DNA of 64,000 nucleotides from Anaerolineae bacterium. GTDB taxonomy: Bacteria > Chloroflexota > Anaerolineae > JAAEKA01. Under the pieces are notes generated by a model. That model worked only from the letters and a program-made list of their open reading frames with translations, was not told the DNA's origin and searched no databases. This document shows, piece after piece, positions 27,506 through 36,120 of the stretch. Position numbers and translations under genes: made by a program. The DNA is taken from the NCBI GenBank assembly GCA_049299095.1, contig JBAQWV010000154.1:1655-65654 (forward strand). The letters run 5' to 3'. How positions within the stretch are numbered: the stretch's first letter is position 1; every line of letters starts with the position of its first letter.

Positions 27506-28579
27506 CTACGTCAGGCGAATGCGAGGATCGAGGAAGCCGTACAAAATGTCCACGATCAGGTTGATCACCAGGAACACCACAGCCGTAACCAGCGTGAAGC
27601 CCTGAATCACGGCGTAGTCGCGCGCGGTGATGCCTTCGTACAAAGCGCGTCCAACACCGGAAAAGCCAAAGATGGTTTCCGTCAGCACCGCTCCACTCAA
27701 TAAAAAGCCCAGCGACAGGCCAATAATCGTCACCACCGGCAGCAGTGCGTTACGCAGGGCATGGCGCACCAGCACCACCCGTTCGTTGAGGCCCTTGGCG
27801 CGCGCGGTGCGAATGTAATCCTGGCCGAGCACTTCCAGCAGGCTGGAGCGGGTCATGCGTGCAATAATGGCCATGGGGATCGTGCCCAGCGCGATGGCGG
27901 GCAAAATCATGTGCTTGAGGCTGTCCACGAACAGCTTGCCATCCAGGTTGATGATGGCGTTGACGAAATAAAGGTTAGTGAAGAACTGCGCCAGCCGGTA
28001 AAAGGGGCTGGTTTCGCTGACGTTGAACTTGTCTACAAATGAAGTAACCGCCATGCCCGCCGACAGGCGGCCTGATGGCGGCAACGCAAAGGGAGTATCC
28101 TTTAGCCCGATGGCAAAAATATAGGCTAGGAATAACCCTAACACAAAGACTGGAATGGAGACGCCGATATTCGCGCCGATCATTGTCACCACGTCAACCA
28201 GACTGTTGTGACGCTTGGCCGAGATAATCCCCAGGATCATGCCAAATACGACGGCAAACAGCATGGCGCTGAACGCCAGTTCAATTGTAATCGCCAGACG
28301 CTCGGCGATCATCTGCGTGACCGGTTGGCCGAAGCGGAAAGATGTGCCCAGGTCGCCGGTGGCCACATCGCGCAGATAGATACCGAACTGCGTCATGATT
28401 GGCTTGTCCAGGCCGTAGCGCGCATTGAAGGCTGCACAGGTGACCGGGTTGGCCTTTTCGCCCAGGATGGCAACACACGGATCGCCCGGCAGCAAGCGCG
28501 CCAGTCCGAAGGTAACAAACAGGATGCCAAACAGCACGGGCAGCGCAGCCAACAAGCGTTGAATGATGTATTTGGTCAT
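27506..28579 (-). CDS. peptide/nickel-type ABC transporter permease (DppB/OppB-like)
   Basis: 357 aa with a conserved N-terminus (MTKYIIQRLLAALPVLFGI) and an EAA loop. Confidence 0.85.
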   Translation of the reverse strand: MTKYIIQRLLAALPVLFGILFVTFGLARLLPGDPCVAILGEKANPVTCAAFNARYGLDKPIMTQFGIYLRDVATGDLGTSFRFGQPVTQMIAERLAITIELAFSAMLFAVVFGMILGIISAKRHNSLVDVVTMIGANIGVSIPVFVLGLFLAYIFAIGLKDTPFALPPSGRLSAGMAVTSFVDKFNVSETSPFYRLAQFFTNLYFVNAIINLDGKLFVDSLKHMILPAIALGTIPMAIIARMTRSSLLEVLGQDYIRTARAKGLNERVVLVRHALRNALLPVVTIIGLSLGFLLSGAVLTETIFGFSGVGRALYEGITARDYAVIQGFTLVTAVVFLVINLIVDILYGFLDPRIRLT

Positions 28580-28599
28580 AATCGCCTGGCTTTACAGCG

Positions 28600-28643
28600 T
28601 CATTGAAAAACTGAAAATGGGGCGCCGCCAGCAGCAGCGCCCC
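28600..28643 (-). terminator. intrinsic terminator/attenuator between the SBP gene and the permease genes
   Basis: Minus strand: GGGGCGC-tgctgctggcg-GCGCCCC followed by ATTTTCAGTTTTTCAATG. Confidence 0.55.
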
Positions 28644-28765
28644 ATTGATCACGAGCTAAATCAGGGCGTGGCAGCGTACCACGACCGCAGCAGGATCAGC
28701 GCACGCTGCGCTGGGCCGGCTGGCCTGTCTGGGAAACATCCACCACGCCATGATGATCATGATAC

Positions 28766-31159
28766 TTACTCGGTGGGAGCGTTTTTGAACGCACCGAACA
28801 GCGCCGAGAAGTAGGTGAAGTCGCCGGTGCGACCCACATGCAGCGGGCTGGCCGCGTCCCATTGCGCCGTCCACGAAGCCACCACGTCTGCCGCATCGAG
28901 CGGGCTGCCGTCGTGGAACTTCACGTCGGGGCGCAGGTTGAACGTCCAGGAGGTCAGATCGTCGTTGGCCGACCACTTCTCAGCCAGCGAGGGCACGATA
29001 GCCGTGCCGCCGACCTCGTAGGCCAGCAGCGCTTCGCCGATCTGCTCGCACGCGCGCAGGCTTTCGCCGTCGGTTTCATCTGCGCAGTACAGGCCAATCG
29101 GTTCGGCGTTCTGCATCCACACCAGGGTGTCGCCGCCGCAGTCAATCACCGACATCGCTTCGTTGCCCAAGGGACTGGCATGTGCGCCGGTGCAGGCTGC
29201 CTGGAAGACAGTGGCCGAACCGCCGTAGGCCACGGGGATCATCGGCGCATGCTGCTTGATCAGATCATTAGCCTGGTCGTAGAGGGGTTGGCGTTCGGCC
29301 GGATCGGCCAGCGCGGCCGCTTCTTTCAGCAGCTTGGTCAGGTCATCGAACTTGTTGCCGAACTGCGGGCTGGCGCCTGCGCCGAAGTGATAGTCGAGGA
29401 AGTTGGTGGCGTCAGGATAGTCCGCGCCCCAACCCAGCAAGTGGAAGCCTTCCAGCGCGCCGTCATCCGCCGCGTCGAGGAATGCGCCCGATTCCATCAC
29501 CACGATCTCAGCGTCTACACCAATTTCGGCTAACTGGGCCTGGATGTCCTGGGCCACGACGCCCGGCTGCGGCAGATAGCCACGCACCACATCGCGATAG
29601 GAAATCTTGGTCTTGAAGCGGCCATCAGCGCCGTACACACCTTCTTCGGTCAGAATCTTCTTGGCTTCTTCGGGGTTGTAGGCATACCAGTCCAGCCCTT
29701 CGGTGTAGCCGAAGATGCTGGGGGGCATGAACTGCGAGGCAACCATCGAGCCAGTCGGGTAGAAGTTGTCCACGATGCGCTGGCGGTCAATCGCCATCGC
29801 GAAAGCCTGGCGCACCTTTTCGTTGTCAAAGGGCGGGAAGGCATTGTTCATACCAACATAGAAGATGTTGGTGCCGGGGCGAGGATAGAGCGTGAGGGTC
29901 GAATCGCTTTCGATGGTCGCGAAGTCCTCGGGGCCGGGGTTGTCAATACCATTAACGTTACCAGCTTGCAGCTCCAGCAGGCGCTGCGCAGCTTCGGAAC
30001 TCCAGCGGAAGACCACCGTCTTAGCCTTGGGCGCATCGCCCCAGTAGTTGGGGTTGGCTTCCAGGATCATCTGATCGCCGCGCCGCCATTCCTTCAGCAT
30101 GTACGGGCCGGTGCCGACGGGCTTCTCGACCAGGTCGCCGCCGCCGCCAGAGGCTTCGATATACTCGGAAGGCAGGATTTGGAAGGCCGAGAAGGCCGCT
30201 TTGGCCGGGAAGGCCGGGTCGGACGCGCACAGATCGAAGCGCACAGTCAGATCGTCTTCCGCCACGATTTCCTTGATCAGGCCACCGTAGGCGCAAGGAT
30301 CAGCATCATCAGCCGCAGTCGCTGCCGGAGCAGCCGCTGCCGGCTTCATGCCGAACCATTTCTCATAGAGGGTATCATATTCGCCGGAGGCACGCACCGC
30401 AGCCAGGCCCTTGTTGATGGCAGCCAGCACTTCGGGCTTGTTCTTGTTAACGGCAATGCCGTACTCTTCCGAGGTGAACAGGTCCGGCAGCATGACCAAC
30501 TTCAGTTCGGGGTTGGCCTTGATGATGTCTGCGGAAACTGGTGCGTCGTTGAAAACGGCTTCAATGTCGCCGTTAGCCAGCGCCTGCATGGCCAGGGTGA
30601 TTTCGTCGTAGCGCACAACTTCGGCCTTGGAATTCTCACTCAGCCAGATGTCGCCCGTCGTACCCAACTGCACGCCGACTTTCTTGCCGTCCAACTCAGC
30701 GAGACCTTTGATCGCGCTGCCACTCTTCACAGCCAGGCCCTGGCCGGCGGTGAAGTAGGGATCGCTGAAGTCCACGGTCTGCTTGCGCTCGTCGGTGATC
30801 GTCGCCGAAGACATCACGGCATCGAATTCGCCCTGCGCCAGCGCCACGAAAATGCCATCCCAACGGGTGTTGACGAATTCAACTTCGAAGCCGCCAGCCT
30901 TGGCAATCGCGTTCATCAGGTCAATGTCGAAGCCGGTGACTGCGCCTTTGTCGTCCACGAATTCCATCGGGCGATACTCGGCGTTGGTGCCGACCTTGAT
31001 CTTCATCATTTCAGCCGGGGCTGCGGTTGCCTCAGCGGGGGCAGTCGCAGGTGCGGTCGTGGGCTGGGTGGATGTACCCGCCGGGGAACCGCAAGCGGTA
31101 ATGACGAGGGAAGCAATCACGAAGATTGCCAGCAACGCCATCAGTTTCGATTGTTTCAT
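28766..31159 (-). CDS. lipoprotein fusing two substrate-binding proteins: an N-terminal family-3 (polar amino acid, GlnH/ArtJ-like) SBP and a C-terminal family-5 (peptide/nickel, DppA/OppA-like) SBP
   Basis: Start at MKQSKLMALLAIFVIASLVITAC (lipobox, AAGGAGG RBS); the ORF-track start at 31246 was rejected. Residues ~80-290 (KIKVGTNAEYRPMEFVDDKGAVTGFDIDLMNAIAKAGGFEVEFVNTRWDGIFVALAQGEFDAV...GKKVGVQLGTTG...YGIAVNK) match SBP_bac_3. Residues ~300-797 (GTGPYMLKEWRRGDQMILEANPNYWG...) match SBP_bac_5. Confidence 0.75.
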   Translation of the reverse strand: MKQSKLMALLAIFVIASLVITACGSPAGTSTQPTTAPATAPAEATAAPAEMMKIKVGTNAEYRPMEFVDDKGAVTGFDIDLMNAIAKAGGFEVEFVNTRWDGIFVALAQGEFDAVMSSATITDERKQTVDFSDPYFTAGQGLAVKSGSAIKGLAELDGKKVGVQLGTTGDIWLSENSKAEVVRYDEITLAMQALANGDIEAVFNDAPVSADIIKANPELKLVMLPDLFTSEEYGIAVNKNKPEVLAAINKGLAAVRASGEYDTLYEKWFGMKPAAAAPAATAADDADPCAYGGLIKEIVAEDDLTVRFDLCASDPAFPAKAAFSAFQILPSEYIEASGGGGDLVEKPVGTGPYMLKEWRRGDQMILEANPNYWGDAPKAKTVVFRWSSEAAQRLLELQAGNVNGIDNPGPEDFATIESDSTLTLYPRPGTNIFYVGMNNAFPPFDNEKVRQAFAMAIDRQRIVDNFYPTGSMVASQFMPPSIFGYTEGLDWYAYNPEEAKKILTEEGVYGADGRFKTKISYRDVVRGYLPQPGVVAQDIQAQLAEIGVDAEIVVMESGAFLDAADDGALEGFHLLGWGADYPDATNFLDYHFGAGASPQFGNKFDDLTKLLKEAAALADPAERQPLYDQANDLIKQHAPMIPVAYGGSATVFQAACTGAHASPLGNEAMSVIDCGGDTLVWMQNAEPIGLYCADETDGESLRACEQIGEALLAYEVGGTAIVPSLAEKWSANDDLTSWTFNLRPDVKFHDGSPLDAADVVASWTAQWDAASPLHVGRTGDFTYFSALFGAFKNAPTE

Positions 31160-31624
31160 TAGTATTCTCCTCCTTAGAGAGATCGGAACCGAATTACGAA
31201 ACAACGGAGCCAGCAGGTGCCAGCCCCACATGCCTGAACATTGCAACAGCCCCGGCGACAGGGCCAGGGAAGCAGCCTGAATGCAGTGAGGGCGAGCCGC
31301 TTCTGGCGGGGCAAAAACGGAACAAGTGGCTCACAGAGCCACGATTGCGCCGATTATAGTCGGCTGACCGGTGTTTGTCAAACAAGTTTGCCATTATCGC
31401 AGGGTGAGCTTGGCACAACCGCACCCCCGCGCCGCTGGTGCTCGTCCCTTGCTGAATAGGGCTTGGTGGGGCGAAAAGGCTGCTGCGCTTGAGAAAATTC
31501 GCGCGGAGTGGGATGCAATTGCGGCTTGACACAGCAACTTGGTGAATTGCGCTGCGTCTGGTATGATAGCGCCGTTGACAAGGTCTTTCTATGAGAGAAT
31601 CAATAACCACGAAGGCAAGAGATC

Positions 31625-33094
31625 GTGCATAAAAAGCAGGTAATCGCGGCCAGTTTTGGCCTGGTGCTCGCGGTGGGGCCACTGGCTTCCCGCGCGGCGG
31701 CCCAATCCGTTTCTTCTGAGACCAGTCTTGATTTCACACGGCTGCTGGCTGCATCGCTGGCCTGGCTGGTGCCAGCCGGTTTAATTATGCTCGCGGCCGC
31801 GGGCGCGCGTGAAGAACGCGCCTGGCAGGTGGCGCTCGGCGGCGTCGCCGGCGCGGCGCTGGGCATCATCACATTCTTCCTCGTTGGCTTTGCTCTGGCC
31901 TTTGGCGGTCTGGGGCTGGCGCGGCCAGACATCCCCGGCTATGTGGGCCTGATGTGGGAATGGACGCTGCTCGCTGGCAAGTGGGGCACGCACTGGGGAA
32001 TGGCGGGCATGAGCGGCTGGGCCTTGAGCGGCCCGGCAGCCACTGCCGCGGCCTATGAGCTGTTCTTTGCTCAGTTGCCGTGGGTGGCAACGGCAACCCT
32101 TATTCCACTGATGGCGCTGCGCGGTCGCGCACCCGCGACCAGTTCCCTGTTGGGTGGTCTGCTGGTGGGCGGCTTTTTATATCCACTAGCCACCAACTGG
32201 ATTTGGGGCGGTGGCTGGCTGGCAAATTTGGGCTTTAATCTGACGCTCGGCCACGGCTTTGTGGATTTTGCCGGTGCGGGTACGGTCTATTTATTGGCGG
32301 GCTGCGCGGGGCTGACGGGCCTATTGCTGCTGGCCCCGCGGCGCGCACGCCAACGAGACCCCAACGCGGCGGTTTCCTTGCCGCCCGTTCACCTACCTTT
32401 GCTGGCTTCGATGGGCGCACTGCTGATTTTGGCGGGCAGCCTCGGCTGGGCATGGGCCAATCCGCTGCTTGATACCGCCACATTGCAGCCCGCCCGCGGG
32501 CTGATCAACGTGGCCCTGGCTGCTGCCGCTGGCGTGCTGGCCCCACTGGTCTATACCTGGTTCGTGGCAGATCGCTCTGATCCGTTGATGGCAGCTCGCG
32601 GGTTGGCCGCGGGCGCGGTGCTGGCCGCAGCGATTGGGCCGTTTACCCCGCCCTGGGTCGCGGCGCTCTTTGGCTTGTTCGCCGGCGCACTGACGCCTCT
32701 GCTGACCTACGGCGTGCGCGAAGTCCTGCGCATCAACGATGACACCGGGCTGGTGTCCATGCACATCGTGGCGAGCTTGCTGGGGCTGTTGGCTGTTGGC
32801 TTCTTTGCCGATGGACAGGCCGGCGAGGGTTGGAATGCCACCGGCGTGGGTGAGTTTTTGGGCGTGACCGGCCAGGGTATCACTGGACGACTGGCCGCTG
32901 CCGGCATGCAGGCCGACTGGCCGGGGCAAATTCAGGCGCAGTTGATCGGCGTTGGCACGCTGATCTTGGTCGGTGTTCTCGGCGGTGCAGTGGTTTTCGG
33001 TCTGTTGGCCTTGTTGAGCCGCGGGCTGCGCATGGCGCGGCAAACACGCCGCGCGGCTGAAGCCGATTTACCAGACGCAGCCCAAGCAAGCTAA
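31625..33094 (+). CDS. ammonium transporter (Amt/MEP/Rh) family protein, divergent, with an N-terminal signal peptide
   Basis: 489 aa, 11-12 TM helices, with an Amt-like GFVDFAGAGTVYLLAGCAGLTGLLLLAPRR matching the DFAGG.VVH..SG..AL signature. GTG start. Confidence 0.55.
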   Translation: MHKKQVIAASFGLVLAVGPLASRAAAQSVSSETSLDFTRLLAASLAWLVPAGLIMLAAAGAREERAWQVALGGVAGAALGIITFFLVGFALAFGGLGLARPDIPGYVGLMWEWTLLAGKWGTHWGMAGMSGWALSGPAATAAAYELFFAQLPWVATATLIPLMALRGRAPATSSLLGGLLVGGFLYPLATNWIWGGGWLANLGFNLTLGHGFVDFAGAGTVYLLAGCAGLTGLLLLAPRRARQRDPNAAVSLPPVHLPLLASMGALLILAGSLGWAWANPLLDTATLQPARGLINVALAAAAGVLAPLVYTWFVADRSDPLMAARGLAAGAVLAAAIGPFTPPWVAALFGLFAGALTPLLTYGVREVLRINDDTGLVSMHIVASLLGLLAVGFFADGQAGEGWNATGVGEFLGVTGQGITGRLAAAGMQADWPGQIQAQLIGVGTLILVGVLGGAVVFGLLALLSRGLRMARQTRRAAEADLPDAAQAS

Positions 33095-33106
33095 GCCTGG
33101 AACAGG

Positions 33107-34312
33107 GTGTTTGTTAAGATGTGTAAGCGAAAGATTGTTGGTTGGGTTTTGCTGGGTGTATTGTTTGTGACTGTGTTGGGGTGTGTGGGCGGGCAGACCT
33201 TGGTGCGCTCCAGACCGACGACTGTTTCGCAGAGTATACCAACCGAGGTAGTGGCAAGCCAGCCGACGCCAATTGTGGTGGTGGCTACGCCTACGCCCGC
33301 GTTGGACCTGGACACCGCCGAGCTGCGCACCATCGAGGTGTACCGGCGCTATAGCCCTGCCGTGGTTAACATCAATACGCAGGTGATGCGTTCGGACTTC
33401 TTTTACGGCGTTTATCCCGAAGAAGGCAGCGGTTCCGGTTTTGTCTGGGACGATCAGGGCCACATCATCACAAATTATCACGTCGTTGAAGGCGCGGATC
33501 AGATCACCGTGAGCTTTGGCGAAGGCCAGCAACAGCAGGCCGAAGTGATCGGCGTTGATCCGGCCAACGATTTGGCAGTGCTGCGCATTGACTCGCTGCC
33601 GGAGGGTGTCGAGCCGATGCCGCTGGGCGATTCGGATACGCTCGTGGTGGGACAAAGCGCCATTGCCATTGGCAATCCGTTCGGTCAGTTCGAGCGTACC
33701 TTGACTGTCGGCGTGGTCAGTGCAGTCAACCGCACGATCAACCTGGAAAATAATCGCGTGCTACGCGGGGTGGTACAAACCGACGCGTCCATCAATCGCG
33801 GCAATTCTGGCGGCCCGCTGCTGGACAGCCGCGGCCAGTTGATCGGCGTCAACTCCGCGATTTATTCACCAACCGGCGCCGATGCCGGGGTGGGGTTGGC
33901 GATTCCAGTTAACAAGGTCAAACATGTGGTGCCGGTGTTGATTGCCACCGGTCATTTTCCACATCCGTGGCTTGGCATTGAGGGTCTGGGCTACGCGCTG
34001 TCTGCCGACTTGGCGCAATTGCTTGATCTACCAGTGGATCAGGGATTGCTGATTGCGCGTATCTATCAGAACAGTCCAGCCGAGCAGGCTGGCATTCGCA
34101 CTGCTACACAGGCGCGCCAGTTTGGCTCGCGTCGTTATCTGGTAGGCGGTGATATTTTGACCGCCATTGACGATGTGTCGCTTGTTTCGTGGGAAGACTT
34201 GAACGCTTATCTGGACGAGTATACCGAGGTGGGGAAAACAGTCCGTTTGCGCCTCGTGCGCGACGGTCAGCCGTTGAACCTGGATGTTGTTCTCGGTGAA
34301 GAACCTTTTTGA
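33107..34312 (+). CDS. htrA: HtrA/DegP-family serine protease with a PDZ domain
   Basis: Catalytic triad context HIITNYHVV, DLAVLRI, GNSGGPL, plus a C-terminal PDZ domain. Confidence 0.9.
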   Translation: MFVKMCKRKIVGWVLLGVLFVTVLGCVGGQTLVRSRPTTVSQSIPTEVVASQPTPIVVVATPTPALDLDTAELRTIEVYRRYSPAVVNINTQVMRSDFFYGVYPEEGSGSGFVWDDQGHIITNYHVVEGADQITVSFGEGQQQQAEVIGVDPANDLAVLRIDSLPEGVEPMPLGDSDTLVVGQSAIAIGNPFGQFERTLTVGVVSAVNRTINLENNRVLRGVVQTDASINRGNSGGPLLDSRGQLIGVNSAIYSPTGADAGVGLAIPVNKVKHVVPVLIATGHFPHPWLGIEGLGYALSADLAQLLDLPVDQGLLIARIYQNSPAEQAGIRTATQARQFGSRRYLVGGDILTAIDDVSLVSWEDLNAYLDEYTEVGKTVRLRLVRDGQPLNLDVVLGEEPF

Positions 34313-34380
34313 TGGGTCAGGCGTTATACTATTGAACAATTTTGTGGTTATGTTGCAGGCTCCATCGCTGGAATGATCGT

Positions 34381-35139
34381 ATGACACCCAGGTTCAAACG
34401 CGTGATGTTGGTTGTGGTGGCTTTGGCTGCACTTGTAGCAGTCATCTGGTTGGCGCGTCCGCTGGTGGATTTCTTCAGCCAGGAGGATCGCCTTGAGCTG
34501 TGGCTGCATCGTCTGGGGCCATTGGGGCCGCTGGGCGTGATCTTACTGAATGCTTTGCAGGTGATTGTTGCCATCGTGCCCGGCTATGCCATGATGGTGG
34601 CGGCTGGTTATCTGTATGGCTTTGTGCCGGGTGCCATTTACAGTTCCATCGGCATGGCGCTGGGCGGTGTTATTGCCATCTTGCTGGCGCGGCGCTATGG
34701 CCGACCTCTGATTGTGCGCATGGTGGGCGCACGCCGGTTGGAGCGTTGGGAGAAAATGGCGCGCATCAATGCCCTGCCGGTATGGGTGATCCTGATGATG
34801 GGTCCATTCGGTGATATGCCCTATTACATCGCCGGGTTGACCAATATTGCCATCTGGAAGATCATCCTGATTGCGCTGGTGCTGCGCACACCAACCAACG
34901 TGCTGGCGGCTGCGGTTGGCTCCGGGTTGCTAGACTGGCGCTCGCCCTGGGTCATAGGCGGCATGGCCACGTTGATCCTGGTGAGTCTGGTGGCGATGCG
35001 CTATCAAAACGAATTTGAAACCTGGGTGGATGACAAGCTGCTGCCGCGCGTGCTGATGTGGTTTGGCAAAACATCCGAAGCGACGCAGTCTGTGGCTGCG
35101 TCCCCGGAAAATCGAGAAAATGATGCAACGATCCACTGA
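34381..35139 (+). CDS. DedA/TVP38/SNARE-associated family membrane protein
   Basis: DedA core motifs and about 6 TM helices. Start chosen at MTPRFKRVMLVVV. Confidence 0.65.
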   Translation: MTPRFKRVMLVVVALAALVAVIWLARPLVDFFSQEDRLELWLHRLGPLGPLGVILLNALQVIVAIVPGYAMMVAAGYLYGFVPGAIYSSIGMALGGVIAILLARRYGRPLIVRMVGARRLERWEKMARINALPVWVILMMGPFGDMPYYIAGLTNIAIWKIILIALVLRTPTNVLAAAVGSGLLDWRSPWVIGGMATLILVSLVAMRYQNEFETWVDDKLLPRVLMWFGKTSEATQSVAASPENRENDATIH

Positions 35140-35346
35140 TCACACCCTTGCTGCCGAGCGGGAAAATAAACTGTTGCTGGGCGTGGCTGCTGGTCTAGGC
35201 TGCGTTTTGCTGTTGTGCGCGTTAGGTGCGGTGCTGATGTTCTTCCTGGCGCTGTACTGGACGCTGCAAGGCCAGCTTGGCCCGGCCAGCAGCTTGTTCG
35301 TCCTGCCGTGGCTGGTATAATTTGAACATGTTTGAGGAGTAATGCA

Positions 35347-35814
35347 ATGACAGCTGTTTTACAAGTTGGTGATTTGGCCCCTGATTTTACCCTGCGCAGT
35401 GACACCGGTGCACTGGTGACGTTGTCGGCGCTGCGCGGCCAGCGCGTGGTAATTTATTTTTACCCAAAGGATGATACCCCAGGCTGCACCACGCAGGCCT
35501 GTGGTTTTCGTGATGCTTATCCCGTGATCGAGGAACGCAACGCGGTGGTGTTGGGTATCAGTCCGGACAGCGCCAAGTCACATCAGAAGTTCAAGACCAA
35601 GTTCAACCTGCCCTTTACGCTGCTGGTGGATGACGATCACGCTGTGGCCGAGGCGTATGGCGTGTGGAGCCAGAAGTCCATGTTCGGCAAAAAATACATG
35701 GGGATTGAGCGCAGTTCCTTCGTAGTTGATGAAACCGGTCACCTCGTGGATGTGCAGATCAAGATCAGTCCCAGTGATAGCGTCGAAAAATCGCTGGCCG
35801 CGCTAGGCGCGTAA
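35347..35814 (+). CDS. bcp: peroxiredoxin Bcp (thioredoxin-dependent thiol peroxidase)
   Basis: Motifs FYPKDDTPGCTTQAC and a GAGGAG RBS. The ORF-track TTG start at 35332 was rejected. Confidence 0.85.
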   Translation: MTAVLQVGDLAPDFTLRSDTGALVTLSALRGQRVVIYFYPKDDTPGCTTQACGFRDAYPVIEERNAVVLGISPDSAKSHQKFKTKFNLPFTLLVDDDHAVAEAYGVWSQKSMFGKKYMGIERSSFVVDETGHLVDVQIKISPSDSVEKSLAALGA

Positions 35815-35870
35815 GCTGATTCAGGAGGGAACTCGTCACACTGAATGCAGATGGCGAGAACACAGATGTA

Positions 35871-35912
35871 CGGCCTGGCAATGACAGCAACGTCTTTGGT
35901 CATTGCCAGGCC
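35871..35912 (+). other. perfect 14-bp hairpin GGCCTGGCAATGAC-13nt-GTCATTGCCAGGCC downstream of bcp
   Basis: Directly readable inverted repeat with no U-tract. Confidence 0.5.
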
Positions 35913-36035
35913 GCAGCGACCATGCCAGTCCCGCTTCGGTAGGATGTGGCTGCTCGTCTGTCTTTACACTTTCTTGACACGGGCGGGGTAAATTCTGGCA
36001 CTGTCTTGATGCTTTTTTTGCTATCATGGTCTCTG

Positions 36036-36080
36036 AAGGCGTTGGCGCTGGCCGACGCCTTTCTGATTTTCCGATTTGCC
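36036..36080 (+). terminator. terminator-like hairpin plus U-tract inside the kimA 5-prime leader (candidate attenuator)
   Basis: GAAGGCGT-tggcgctggccg-ACGCCTTTCTGATTTTCCGATTT, about 40 nt upstream of the kimA ATG (RBS AAGGAAGG). Confidence 0.5.
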
Positions 36081-36120
36081 ACGCTGCACAAGCAGACCGG
36101 CAATGCAAGGAAGGAACACC

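Noticed and set aside
31160-31246. N-terminal extension of the SBP fusion (MQCSGMWGWHLLAPLFRNSVPISLRRRIL)
   Set aside because: The AAGGAGG RBS and lipoprotein signal peptide begin at the internal ATG 31159. The extension has no signal-peptide character.
35990-36030. Sigma-54-like TGGCAC element upstream of kimA
   Set aside because: The downstream -12 element (TTGC) is absent at the correct spacing.
35815-36120. ydaO/c-di-AMP riboswitch upstream of kimA
   Set aside because: I could not recognise the pseudo-two-fold ydaO consensus by eye. Only a terminator-like hairpin was seen, and it is reported as a candidate attenuator instead.
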